A DNA stretch of 63,823 nt, the filler included, from Octopus bimaculoides (Eukaryota), in the NCBI RefSeq assembly GCF_001194135.2. It is 4 parts of 4 records of this genome, joined end to end, with 100 filler letters (N's around TTAATTAATTAA, not from the genome) between each part and the next. Parts side by side here need not be neighbours in the genome. Positions count along the whole stretch, not along the records: positions 1 to 21,130 come from NC_068981.1; positions 21,231 to 45,623 come from NC_068988.1; 2 more parts are not named here. The stretch is one strand, 5' to 3'. A program made the position numbers and the translations under genes. The notes under the pieces were generated by a model. The model had not been told where the DNA came from and searched no databases. It saw nothing but the letters and a program-made list of their open reading frames with translations. Within the stretch, counting starts at the first letter, position 1, and the number at the start of each line of letters is the position of its first letter. Below, piece after piece: positions 11,636 through 23,630 of the stretch.

Positions 11636-12871
11636 TCAGGTCGACTGCTCTGCCCAAGCAGTTTTCACTTTTAAACGTGATGAAGAAAGATCTTTATTTA
11701 TATGTCGTGTCTCGAGCCTATACTTTGATAATTCCAGTTGTATTCGGTTTAATTTAGAGAAAATTTTCTGAAAATTTTGATCGATAAGCGTGGCTGGCCA
11801 ACGACTTTTGACAATGCTGTATGCATCTTGTAGGCACATCCCCTGACATGTAATTAAATATTGTATTGCTGCGACTGGTGCACGAACCCGGCTGTGTTCA
11901 CTATAGATTAGTGTTGCTCGGCCTAATTCTTTAGATCCATTTATGAATTTATTTATCATTGGAAAATGGTCTTGAATCCGATTATGATCCGTGCTGTCTA
12001 CATTAACATACAGTTTAGGGTGTGTGTGACTGCCTTGTTTTGAACAGGTGCAAGGACATGCTAGATTTATGTGTTGGCTGCTTTTTAAATTTGTTATATC
12101 GACTAACGAATGGATATCAAGTTTGCAAAGGAGTCTCTGATCATTTGCAGCCTCCACACGTCCAACGTACAAATATGGCGTTATTTGCGCTATATTTTCG
12201 CTGCAGCATAATGAATTAGATTCGCTACTCGTTAACAATAATCTCTGTGAAACCGCCTTGTCATGAAGATTAGACGTACTTAAATGTTTGTTCTCTTGTG
12301 TAAGAGTGAAACTAATTCCAGACTGAGAAGTATCATCGCTACGAGATCTCGTTAAGCTGGTAACGAAAATATCTGGGACTTTCAAGGTGTCACAAGCACA
12401 GGACTCAGGAGACTTGTTGCGACTGGACATTGGATACTTGGCACTCGAAGATCGTTTACTATTTCTGCTTTCATTGACTTCATCCTTATCAAGCTGCAAT
12501 TGTTCATCGAAACAATCTTGGCTGTTCAGATTTGGACATGACATATGGAGATTTTTTTTATTGATAGCTCTCACCTGATCTTGTCGTTTTTTACTAGAAA
12601 ATAACGAATGAAGAAAATCTCCAATGCCGGTTTGCTGGGAGCGTCTCTTCTTCTGGTTTTTATGTTCATTATATTGTGATGGCGCTGATAGCTGCTTCCT
12701 TATCAACATTCGGTGGTCACCTACGTTAGATCTGACGCCGTTATCTTCGTCAGAGACATCTGTTAAAAGTGACTCCTCTGTGAACAAATTCCTTTCACTC
12801 ATAGGACCGACTGAAATGGTCCTGGTTAGTTTCTTACGAGATGTGTATAGAGTAGTCATTGCTCTGCCAGC
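11636..12871 (-). CDS. Dual-specificity phosphatase (DSP)-domain protein, predicted catalytically dead (pseudophosphatase); terminal coding exon
   Basis: Stop-free 422-codon ORF. Acceptor ttttactattttcag|GCT at 12872/12871 (phase 0); first ATG after it at 12859 (407 aa). DSP fold: IAQITPYLYVG...LLCKLDIHSLVDIT...IQDHFPMINKFINGSKELGRATLIYSEHSRVRAPVAAIQYLI..QGMCLQDAYSIVKSRWPATLIDQNF. Confidence 0.92.
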   Translation of the reverse strand, partial: AGRAMTTLYTSRKKLTRTISVGPMSERNLFTEESLLTDVSDEDNGVRSNVGDHRMLIRKQLSAPSQYNEHKNQKKRRSQQTGIGDFLHSLFSSKKRQDQVRAINKKNLHMSCPNLNSQDCFDEQLQLDKDEVNESRNSKRSSSAKYPMSSRNKSPESCACDTLKVPDIFVTSLTRSRSDDTSQSGISFTLTQENKHLSTSNLHDKAVSQRLLLTSSESNSLCCSENIAQITPYLYVGRVEAANDQRLLCKLDIHSLVDITNLKSSQHINLACPCTCSKQGSHTHPKLYVNVDSTDHNRIQDHFPMINKFINGSKELGRATLIYSEHSRVRAPVAAIQYLITCQGMCLQDAYSIVKSRWPATLIDQNFQKIFSKLNRIQLELSKYRLETRHINKDLSSSRLKVKTAWAEQST

Positions 12872-12937
12872 CTGAAAATAGTAAAATAAATTAATGTTAG
12901 TCATTTTGCAGAATTACATTTCTTGCATCCACCCTCT

Positions 12938-12989
<52 letters not shown>

Positions 12990-13067
12990 NNNNNNNNNNN
13001 NNNNNNNNNNNNNNNNNNNNNNNNNNNNNNNNNNNNNNNNNNNNNNNNNNNNNNNNNNNNNNNNNNN

Positions 13068-13120
<53 letters not shown>

Positions 13121-13645
13121 GGCACTTTAACAAAACCACTAACATTGACAGTGTCTCTTCCGTTACTCAAACATGGCGTTCCACAACTTACACCTTATGC
13201 TCAACAAAACTCACCAGTTTCTCACTCTCTAAAAGGATACAGCTTGACATTTGGAAATACGTTACAGTGTAGAGTCTTCTTAAGAAAAGCAATTCTTCTG
13301 ACACACGTGTGTGTGAGAGAGCGCGTATGAGTTCGTGTGCGTGTGTGTGTGTGTGTGCGCGCGCGCTTGTTCGTCACTTCCTCTTCTCTATATCTCACTC
13401 AAACTGAAGTATGTAAAATGCCTTGATATGAAATATAATACTGAAACATTAGCTTTGCACTTATGTAACGATTTCTGCCTAACAAAGCAACAGAAATATT
13501 CTGACTAACGAAGTAGCTAGAATTTTTGCTTATCCTAGCTACTTCCTCGAATTAAAAAAAAAAAATACCTCATTAATAATCCTAATCCTTAATTAAGAAA
13601 GAGGTTGAAATTAGAGTCAAGTGCTTACTGTTGGAACAAGTTTTA

Positions 13646-14057
13646 TCTTTTACTTGTTTCAGTCATTTGACTGCGGCCATGCTGGGGCACCGCCTTGAAG
13701 AATTTTAGTCGAGCGAATCGCCTCCAGAATTTTTTTTTTTTTTTTTAAGTCTGGCACTTATTCTATCGACCTCTTTTGCCAAACTGCTAGGTTACGGCGA
13801 CGTAAACACACCAACACCAGATATCAAGCAGTGGTGGAGGACAAACACACACACAAAGACACATACACACAAAGATATATGTGGATATATACAGGACGGG
13901 CTTCTTTCAGTGTCTGTCCACCAAATCCACCCACAAAGTTTTGGTCAGCCTGAAGCTATAGTAGAAGACAATTGTCGAAAGTAACATGCAGTGGGACTGA
14001 ACCCGGAAACATGTGACTGGGAAGCAAACTTCTTTCTATACAGCCACTTCTGCGCCT
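13646..14057 (-). mobile_element. Full-length SINE B (CORE-like tRNA SINE with internal microsatellite)
   Basis: Head ggcgcagaagtggctgt..; central part homologous to the CORE-like gtggcaccttgggcaagtgtcttctact of cleaner copies (diverged here); tail atggccgcagtcaaatgactgaaacaagtaaaag. Confidence 0.85.
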
Positions 14058-14249
14058 ATATGTTCAGTTTAATTATATATTTTTGATTTGATTTGAATCG
14101 AAGTTATTGGATAGGTCTTCAAAAGCAAACTTTTTGAATATTATGTATTATTTATATTACCAGGGCAACGTCGTTGCAAATAGAGAATTTGCATTTATTT
14201 ATTTTATATAGCAATTGGTGAACAAATGCGCCGTTGGTCATACATATGG

Positions 14250-14575
14250 AAGAACTTGTAGAGGTTAGCACCAAACTTTAGCATCGAGAGCTATACCAGC
14301 CCCGAACTGGACATCACTTAACTGTTCTAATGGTTCCAGCCATCTCCACTAGAGTGAGGACCATGTAGTGCAATAGCCTGGGTCTCAAGAGCCCACAGTT
14401 ATTTAATACCTAGCCAAAAAATCTCAGACATCTACATAGAGTTGAGGTAGATATTTTCAAGAAACAGCTTGACCTCCTGCTGTCCAAGGTCCCAAATGAA
14501 TCTACATCATGGCAAGAAACTCCAAAGAAGGCACCAATATCAAACTCACCCTTTCACCAAAATCCAATCACAAAC
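14250..14575 (+). mobile_element. CR1/L2-like LINE 3' end fragment
   Basis: PNFSIESYTSPRTG..STRVRTM*CNSLGLKSPQLFNT*PKNLRHLHRVEVDIFKKQLDLLLSKVPNE, typical ORF2 C-terminus (FN.LP...FK..LD..L). Confidence 0.7.
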
Positions 14576-14718
14576 GAATGGTCATTGAAAAGCTGATAAC
14601 ACTGGCAGTGCCCCAGTATGGCCACAACCTTTGGGCTGAAACGCATACAGGAATAAAAGGAGTTTTATTATGGCAACCGAATAATTGTCACATTATATAT
14701 ATATATATATATACATAC

Positions 14719-14749
<31 letters not shown>

Positions 14750-15284
14750 CTGACTGCTGATGATCTCTTCCGCTCTTTGACAGGTTTTATTTTTCGTCCT
14801 ACAGGGTGTCCAACAATGACCTTCCTCACCACGCAAGCTTGGCAGGGTTGCCAGTTTAATCGCCGATGACCCGACCATGCAACAGGTTGTATTGAGTTAG
14901 ATGTTATCAGTAGCGCCCAAGAGCGACCTGACCTCCGACAATATGTGTCCTTGTGTATGTATGTATGCATGTATGTATGCGCGGAGAGGCCCCTCCGCTG
15001 TTGTCCCAACTTCTCTCTAAGAGATGGAAACTCTGAGACACTGCGTCTCTGACAATATTCGATGATGTAAACTAGTTCTTCTGTTCGAGTTTATGCTATC
15101 CATGTTCAGAGAGTGGGATTGGATTTCTGCAAATCCTTTCCCCACTATAAAAAAAAGACCACCATGCACCGGCACCGCTTGAAAAAAGTAAGACTCATCG
15201 CAAAAATGGCTGGTTGTAGGCTTCGCACGTGTGGGACTTTTGATCAGGCGATAACAATACTCGAGCACGAGTTTGCAGCCATAA

Positions 15285-15515
15285 TGTATGTATGTATGTA
15301 TGTATGTATGTATGTATGTATGTATGTATGTATGTATGTATCTATGTATGTATGTATGTATGTATGCATGTATGTATGCATGTATGTATGCATGTATGTA
15401 TGCATGTATGTATGTATTATGTATGTATGCATGTATGTATGCATGCATGTATGTATGTATGTATGTATGCATGTATGTATGTATGTATGTATGTATGTAT
15501 GTATGTATGTATGTA
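15285..15515. repeat. (TGTA)n/(TGCA)n tetranucleotide microsatellite
   Basis: Direct; representative of dozens of (CA)n, (TA)n, (GA)n, (TACA)n and (TTA)n tracts in the window. Confidence 0.95.
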
Positions 15516-17357
15516 TAAGTTCAAGTCCAAGTGTGACTCATTTTGTGTTTCATTCTTTTGGGGCGGGGTGACTTAATCGATTGCATTTCTCTCTAAGAAA
15601 AAAGTCTATTGTTGCGGACATTACATTCTGATGAATTTATTATAGTTGGATACAAGAGACATTAGCGAAATATAATAGAAGACCGAATGATTGCGATATA
15701 TATACGCAGGTGTTTTTAGGTACATTGTTACGTTGTAATATAATGCCACTGTTAGTCCTGTTTAATTTAATGCTTAGGTAATTAATGTGTGGGGGGATTC
15801 CACTCCAAATATTCGTCAACGAATAAATCAAGATAGCTTATGCATCCTGTTGGAGTTTCCTATTTAATTTATTATAGTTTTCTTAACAAACCGCTTTCTT
15901 TTCGAGAGCGAAATAGTCTTATTGATATTTATTAATACTTTATATGACCAATAAAAATAAACTTAGATCATTCAATGACGGTTAACATCCGCACGAAATG
16001 GAAGTGGTGTAGGTCGGTGTGTTGAGTGATGAAGTAGCGTCTAGAATTTCTAGGAAATCCCTTCGTTAAGACGGTTATGTATAGGATTATTATTAATTCA
16101 TAATCTGAGAAAATCCTTTAGAGTCCATGGCCTTTTCGGTTATGTGTTTCTTTGTTTATTATTGGTAAAAAGACTAGTGATATCTCATCGACATTAACTA
16201 GAGTTGGCATTTTGTGATGAATGGAAATCATTAATACAGATTAGAAACAGCAGTTGGCATAAGGTAGAACCCTGTTGAAGTCACGTTGCTGTTTCTTTGT
16301 GACAAGATTCAATACCACGTATGGACAGGTAATGTTTTTCTATGCGTAGAGACAGACTGTATGCGTAAATTAACCAGCCCACGAATATTGTGCTACTCTA
16401 GTTTCACAAAAACAAAAACAAGAATAACAACAAAAACGAACAAACAGATTTTAATGGTTTACATCTTTCTCTAAATCAATACAACACAATACACAGAGAA
16501 ATGCATACATACACACACACACGTACAACACGCACGCGCACAAACGCACACACACACACATTCACTCATTCACATAGCCATCTTCTTTGAAATGCGCACA
16601 TTCGAATAAAGCTCACACATCGTATACAGACTCACATACGGCTCATATTCGACGCATCTACGATGCCAACGCAAATCATCGTCATTTTGAAGAAACAATT
16701 CAACCAACCAACTTTATAGTCTTACTATGAAGTATTCATTAAATGGGTTCTTTTTCCTTTTTTTTCTTTTCCCTTTCTTACCTTCTTCTTTTCTTTCCTT
16801 CTTTCTTTTAGGTGCTAGTTCGCGGCAGTGACAAAGGTGGTGATGGTGAGAGGAGAAGGAAAGCGTCAAATCGTGAGGCTGTGCATTAAAGACGTTCTAT
16901 TAACGCGTGAACAAAAGATCAGATGCAATTGAGGGAAAGTAGCATTATTAGAAGCAAGCGATTGATTGATATTTTATTCATTAACAATCAATTAAAAAAA
17001 AAACAAAAACAAAAAAACATCGAGAAGAAAGAAATGTTCTGATGGTTTGTGGTCACTAGAAAACAGGTCGCCTTGTTATCTCTCCCATTTTATGATCACA
17101 TTTTGTTGGACGGATAGGAAAAAATCGAATCGAACCATTCTGCACAGTCTGTTGTAAAGTTATCTACAAACAAAAACGGGAGGGGTAAGCATAGAAATGA
17201 AAATAAATATAAAACTCTTTAATAATTATATCTAGCTTTCTTGATTAAACGTATCATTGATTAACTGGATTCAGAAACACACATATACGTACGTACACTC
17301 GTATATGCATATGAATGTACGTATAAACATACATACATACATACATACTTACTTATA

Positions 17358-17464
<107 letters not shown>

Positions 17465-18288
17465 NNNNNNNNNNNNNNNNNNNNNNNNNNNNNNNNNNNN
17501 NNNNNNNNNNNNNNNNNNNNNNNNNNNNNNNNNNNNNNNNNNNNNNNNNNNNNNNNNNNNNNNNNNNNNNNNNNNNNNNNNNNNNNNNNNNNNNNNNNNN
17601 NNNNNNNNNNNNNNNNNNNNNNNNNNNNNNNNNNNNNNNNNNNNNNNNNNNNNNNNNNNNNNNNNNNNNNNNNNNNNNNNNNNNNNNNNNNNNNNNNNNN
17701 NNNNNNNNNNNNNNNNNNNNNNNNNNNNNNNNNNNNNNNNNNNNNNNNNNNNNNNNNNNNNNNNNNNNNNNNNNNNNNNNNNNNNNNNNNNNNNNNNNNN
17801 NNNNNNNNNNNNNNNNNNNNNNNNNNNNNNNNNNNNNNNNNNNNNNNNNNNNNNNNNNNNNNNNNNNNNNNNNNNNNNNNNNNNNNNNNNNNNNNNNNNN
17901 NNNNNNNNNNNNNNNNNNNNNNNNNNNNNNNNNNNNNNNNNNNNNNNNNNNNNNNNNNNNNNNNNNNNNNNNNNNNNNNNNNNNNNNNNNNNNNNNNNNN
18001 NNNNNNNNNNNNNNNNNNNNNTGGTTTTAAATTTTTTCACAAGGGCAGCCATTTTGGGGGAGGGTATAAGTCGATTACATCGACCCCGGTGTTTCACTGG
18101 TCCTTAATTCAGAGCCTAAAGACGGGACAAAATGCCGAATTTTTAGTCGAATGAATTCGACCCCAGTACTTATTCTTTTAAAGTCTGGTACATATTCTAT
18201 CGGTTACTTTTGCCGAACTACTATGTTACGGGGATGTAAACACACCAGTACCGGTTATCAAGCGGTGGTGGTGAAGTACAAACATATA

Positions 18289-18320
<32 letters not shown>

Positions 18321-20304
18321 CATACATACATACATATGTGTGTGTGTGTGTGTGCGTGTGTGTATAAATAATACAAAATTGGACAAGGACGCAAAACATC
18401 CAGACCGTTAGGTGATACAGGAAAGGGACAAAACATCCAGATAGACGATGCAAAGAAAACAAGGACAGGTCATTCGGAGTTTTCTTTCCTCAGTCGAGAT
18501 CCAGATTATCCTTGCAATTTCGGGTGGTTATTCTCGATATTGCTCCAATCTGGCCAACCCCAAGGAAAAACTAAGCTAAGAGCATTAGATTCCTTGGAAG
18601 AAAGCAGCGAATGTATACAAAAACAAGGACGGGAAAAAAAGAACAATGTTACACAAATACAATAAAAAAAATAAAACAGGACATAACAACAGAATATAAC
18701 AAGATTCAGTTGAATAAGGTACTTAAAGCTAAGGCGCCTAGCTAGGTCGGAATAAAACGCACACACAGCAATTATAGATGAATATCAACTTTGGTGCAGA
18801 AGCAATGGCAATGATATTCGGGTAATGTATGCAGTTAATTTGACCTCTTGAGCTATTCAGACATGTTTATTTTATTAAATATACAGTCCATAATATATTT
18901 CGGAATACGCGAGATAGGTGAATTAAAAATAAATAAAAATTGATTGACAGGTGTCAATTCATTACAGTCGTTTCTAACGAATTTTTTAATTGATTAATGA
19001 GTACATTATGTCATTATAAAAAAACCGTTTTCTTCAGATGAATAATGGATTTCACAATCAAGTACATTTAAAATAATTCAAAATCCACGGTACATGCATA
19101 TTTAATGATTTTACGACTGGCCCTTGCCACAGAATGAGCTTAGCCAAAACAATGTACATTCAAGAGGTTTAGTGGGAGAGGAACAACACTACAACACATA
19201 AGGGAGGGGTGTATTTCAGAAATTATAACCTTAATAGGGGTTAGTTGGCTTGTTAGCGAGGGGGAAGAGTATGGGACCTTCCAGTGTTCACTCTCGACAA
19301 TAAAGAAAGAGGTGGCTCCATTTATCTTAGATACAATTCAACTAGAAGGTCAGTGTTAAAGGCGAAAATGGTAAGAATCAATAAGCTATGAGTATTACAA
19401 GCTATTTTATTATTAATCGCATTTGTGATGGAACCAAAATACTAGACTTTATCTCGTTAGTAGACAAGGAAGAGGGATGACAAAGGGGAAGATAGAAGAA
19501 AGAGAAGAAGGAAGAGAGAGAGAAAGAAGGGGAAAAATAAGGGTCAAAGAGAAAGTCAGTCCTTAATAGCGTATTCATTACCATTATGAGAGCATGATAT
19601 TATAGTAAGAGAGAGAAATTTAGATGGATTAAAAAAATTAGAGAAAGTGGTGTTTTAATGATGAAAGGGGTAGGGGGTCCTAATAAGGAATTTGGAAATT
19701 AATGAATGGAAATGAAGAAGCCTCACATAAAATAGCAAGGAAAGAAGATACGAGGAGGAGATGGAGTGTGGTATTATGTGACATACCCAAAGAATGTTGA
19801 AACAGAAAAAATGTTAATTAAGTCTAATTCAATAGTAAGAGTGAAGGTGCCTTCATACGTCTACGCAGAAGATATGAAGGCAAAACTGATTGAAAAAGAG
19901 AACTACAGAAAGTTGAAAGAGATGTGTGGAGATAGCGTTGACCCACCAGGAGTGGAGGTTGAATTCAAGGAGTTGCCACCAGTAGTGAACCTGAGAGATA
20001 TTTAACCACACACACACAGATTGCGTAATACAAACAAGAAAATACAACTCAAAACATGAACGTGTATTTTTTATTTAATTGATAATAGTTACAAAGTAAC
20101 TCAAGAGCCAAGAGTTTCGTGAATTAATACTAGTTAAACTTTGGGTGAGCTTGACACTTTGTGACTTCTGCAGATTAAATGATTTATATGTACACAGACA
20201 TGCATCTAAGCGTTTTAATATGTTTTCAGCGGTGTAGAATTTACAATGTAATTACTCTTTTTCATTCCAGTTGCCATTATATTAAACATTTGCAAAGAGT
20301 AACC

Positions 20305-21130
20305 ATGCCACGCACAAAAAAAATTCAGCAGAACTGTCAGATTTTCAAAGAAGTCGTATTGTTCGGCAATCTGAGGCTGGTCTTAGCCAGCGAAAAATTG
20401 CCGAAAATCTTCAAATTCCTCTTGCTACTGTTAATAGAATTATAGTGCAATTCAAAAGCTAAGGAAAAGAATCAACAGATTCTCGTTCCAGCCGACCTGG
20501 GTCCTCGGAAAGGAAGCTTCGCTGTTTGAAAGAATAGTGGAAAACGAACCCCGTTCGAAGGCTTCTGACATTGCAAAACAGCTAGAAGTTAGTCCAATAT
20601 CGTGTGTTACATATCTGCATAAGCTTGGCTATTATTGACGAGCATTTAGAAGAAAACTTCTCTTTCAACCAATTAATATCATGAAAAGAAAAAAATTGGC
20701 TAAGGAGATGTCAGAAAAATTCAGTTCGTTTTGGGATAGAGTGATTTTCTCAGATGAATTCAGATTTGCATTATTTTCAGACAGTTTGAGTCTGGAGGCT
20801 TTCCAGTCAAAAATTTGATTTGAAACGACTCCAGCCAACTGTGAAACATGGCAGTTTCTCTGTAATGGTATGGGGAGCTGTCATCAGCAATGATCGTTCT
20901 GAGCTGATCGAATGTGTTGGAACCATAAACTCTGAAAAATACATCGAAATACTTAAGCAAGGATTACTTCCGATGTACTCACACGATAACATAACGAAAA
21001 ATGAGTTTTTATTCATGGAAGATGGGGTTCCATGCCACACAGCGAAAAGGAATCGACAATGGCTGACTGAAAATGGGATCAAAAAGCTTCCTTGGCCGAG
21101 CCAATCTCCTGACATGAACCCAATTAAAAA
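20305..21130 (+). mobile_element. Tc1-family DD34E transposase pseudogene (3' end lost in gap)
   Basis: [19 protein letters not shown]; WDRVIFSDE; VKHGSFSVMVWG; FLFMEDGVPCHT; LPWPSQSPDMNPI; several stops and frameshifts. Confidence 0.92.
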
Positions 21131-21230
21131 NNNNNNNNNNNNNNNNNNNNNNNNNNNNNNNNNNNNNNNNNNNNTTAATTAATTAANNNNNNNNNNNNNN
21201 NNNNNNNNNNNNNNNNNNNNNNNNNNNNNN
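21131..21230. other. Artificial scaffold-join marker 44N-TTAATTAATTAA-44N
   Basis: Exactly 100 nt, identical at 45624 and 61002; the 12-mer has stops in all six frames. Confidence 0.9.
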
Positions 21231-21263
<33 letters not shown>

Positions 21264-21488
21264 CATACATACATACATACATACACACATACATACATAC
21301 CTTTATACATACATGCATACGGGCCGATCAAAGTCTTGTGAGTAGATTTGGTTGACGGAAAGTGAAAGAAGCCCGTCGTATATATATATGTGTTATTTCT
21401 AATTTTGGTAACCAGTGAATATATTTCACTGTGATTATATATGTTTGCGAGAGCTTGACAGACTTCTTCAACCAGCTGGTCAAGCTAC

Positions 21489-21531
21489 TTCAGGCTGATG
21501 ACGAGCAAAGACTCAGAAACATGTCCCTGAA
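21489..21531 (+). ncRNA. Minimal type-I hammerhead ribozyme motif (Penelope-type)
   Basis: ttcagg-CTGATGA-c-gag-caaaga-ctc-a-GAAAC-at-GTC-cctgaa: stem I ttcagg/cctgaa, palindromic stem III ACATGT, GUC triplet. Confidence 0.75.
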
Positions 21532-22527
21532 TGCTGGCTAGGCTGCGTAGAGGAGTTTGTCTCCCCCTCGCAAACATAAGGATACAGTAATTGTGTCAAG
21601 GCCGACAGGAAGCGGTCCAGCTTCCTAGGGCTAAACAGCAGTAGTATATTCCCTTATTGGGATTGTCACATTAAGTTGACAATATACAACAACTTTATNN
21701 NNNNNNNNNNNNNNNNNNNNNNNNNNNNNNNNNNNNNNNNNNNNNNNNNNNNNNNNNNNNNNNNNNNNNNNNNNNNNNNNNNNNNNNNNNNNNNNNNNNN
21801 NNNNNNNNNNNNNNNNNNNNNNNNNNNNNNNNNNNNNNNNNNNNNNNNNNNNNNNNNNNNNNNNNNNNNNNNNNNNNNNNNNNNNNNNNNNNNNNNNNNN
21901 NNNNNNNNNNNNNNNNNNNNNNNNNNNNNNNNNNNNNNNNNNNNNNNNNNNNNNNNNNNNNNNNNNNNNNNNNNNNNNNNNNNNNNNNNNNNNNNNNNNN
22001 NNNNNNNNNNNNNNNNNNNNNNNNNNNNNNNNNNNNNNNNNNNNNNNNNNNNNNNNNNNNNNNNNNNNNNNNNNNNNNNNNNNNNNNNNNNNNNNNNNNN
22101 NNNNNNNNNNNNNNNNNNNNNNNNNNNNNNNNNNNNNNNNNNNNNNNNNNNNNNNNNNNNNNNNNNNNNNNNNNNNNNNNNNNNNNNNNNNNNNNNNNNN
22201 NNNNNNNNNNNNNNNNNNNNNNNNNNNNNNNNNNNNNNNNNNNNNNNNNNNNNNNNNNNNNNNNNNNNNNNNNNNNNNNNNNNNNNNNNNNNNNNNNNNN
22301 NNNNNNNNNNNNNNNNNNNNNNNNNNNNNNNNNNNNNNNNNNNNNNNNNNNNNNNNNNNNNNNNNNNNNNNNNNNNNNNNNNNNNNNNNNNNNNNNNNNN
22401 NNNNNNNNNNNNNNNNNNNNNNNNNNNNNNNNNNNNNNNNNNNNNNNNNNNNNNNNNNNNNNNNNNNNNNNNNNNNNNNNNNNNNNNNNNNNNNNNNNNN
22501 NNNNNNNNNNNNNNNNNNNNNNNNNNN

Positions 22528-22600
<73 letters not shown>

Positions 22601-23145
22601 ACTATATGCAACAAATACAAACATTCATATCTGGCACTACAGCTACTACTACTACTACTACTACTACTATTACTACTACTACAAAGTTTATTATTGCTGT
22701 CGTTGTTGTTGTTATTATTATTATCATTATTATTATTATTATTATTATTATTGTAGTGGTGGTGGTGGTAGTGATGACGTCGACCACCACCACGGCGATG
22801 ATGGTGGTGACAGCGGCGGTGACGACGGCGGCGACGATGATCAGGATAAGCGTACATCCCGCCATGAAAAAAAAAAACAAAACAAAAGGAGGTAAAAAGT
22901 AGAAGAGAAAAAAAGCACATTCGTGTCAGCGGGTAAGTTTACGCACGCGACGGTTGAAGAGGGCGTGATTGTGTAGGAAAGGAAGTGGGTATTTGTACTT
23001 TGGTATGTATATAGGGGGTAGGTATTTCGAAATTGTTTGCTGCTGGGGATGCACACGTGCAATTAAAGGATGCCGTTTGGTTTAGCTGCCTAATCCTTTA
23101 GTTATATCATTAATTTATTATTATCATTATTGTTATTATTATTAA

Positions 23146-23375
23146 GGCGGCGAGCTGGCAGAAACGTTAGCACGCCGGGCGAAGTGCTTAGCGGTATTTC
23201 GTCTGTCGCTACGTTCTCAGTTCAAATTCCGCCGAGGTCGACTTTGCCTTTCATCCTTTCGGGGTCGATTAAATAAGTACCAGTCTCGCATTGGGGTCGA
23301 TATAATCGACTTAATCCCTTTGTCTGTCCTTGTTTGTCTCCTCTATGTTTAGCCCCTTGTGGGCAGTAAAGAAAT
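23146..23375 (+). mobile_element. SINE A
   Basis: Family A consensus. Confidence 0.85.
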
Positions 23376-23630
23376 AAATGTTNNNNNNNNNNNNNNNNNN
23401 NNNNNNNNNNNNNNNNNNNNNNNNNNNNNNNNNNNNNNNNNNNNNNNNNNNNNNNNNNNNNNNNNNNNNNNNNNNNNNNNNNNNNNNNNNNNNNNNNNNN
23501 NNNNNNNNNNNNNNNNNNNNNNNNNNNNNNNNNNNNNNNNNNNNNNNNNNNNNNNNNCCGTTTGGTTTAGCTGCCTAATCCTTTAGTTATATCATTAATT
23601 TATTATTATCATTATTGTTATTATTATTAA

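Noticed and set aside
14760-15280. GC-richer blocks that might be LINE endonuclease/5' fragments
   Set aside because: No diagnostic motif could be read with confidence
16776-16890. Polypyrimidine tract with a + acceptor (16811) and a - strand GTAAG donor (~16781)
   Set aside because: Either could be a UTR exon boundary, but chance matches are expected in such a tract; no coding support
21175-21186. TTAATTAATTAA as a conserved regulatory or piggyBac site
   Set aside because: The fixed 44N flanks at three sites show it is an assembly linker
22920-22945. Consensus donor CAGCGG|GTAAGT in a CpG patch
   Set aside because: No identifiable exon or start upstream apart from trinucleotide repeats
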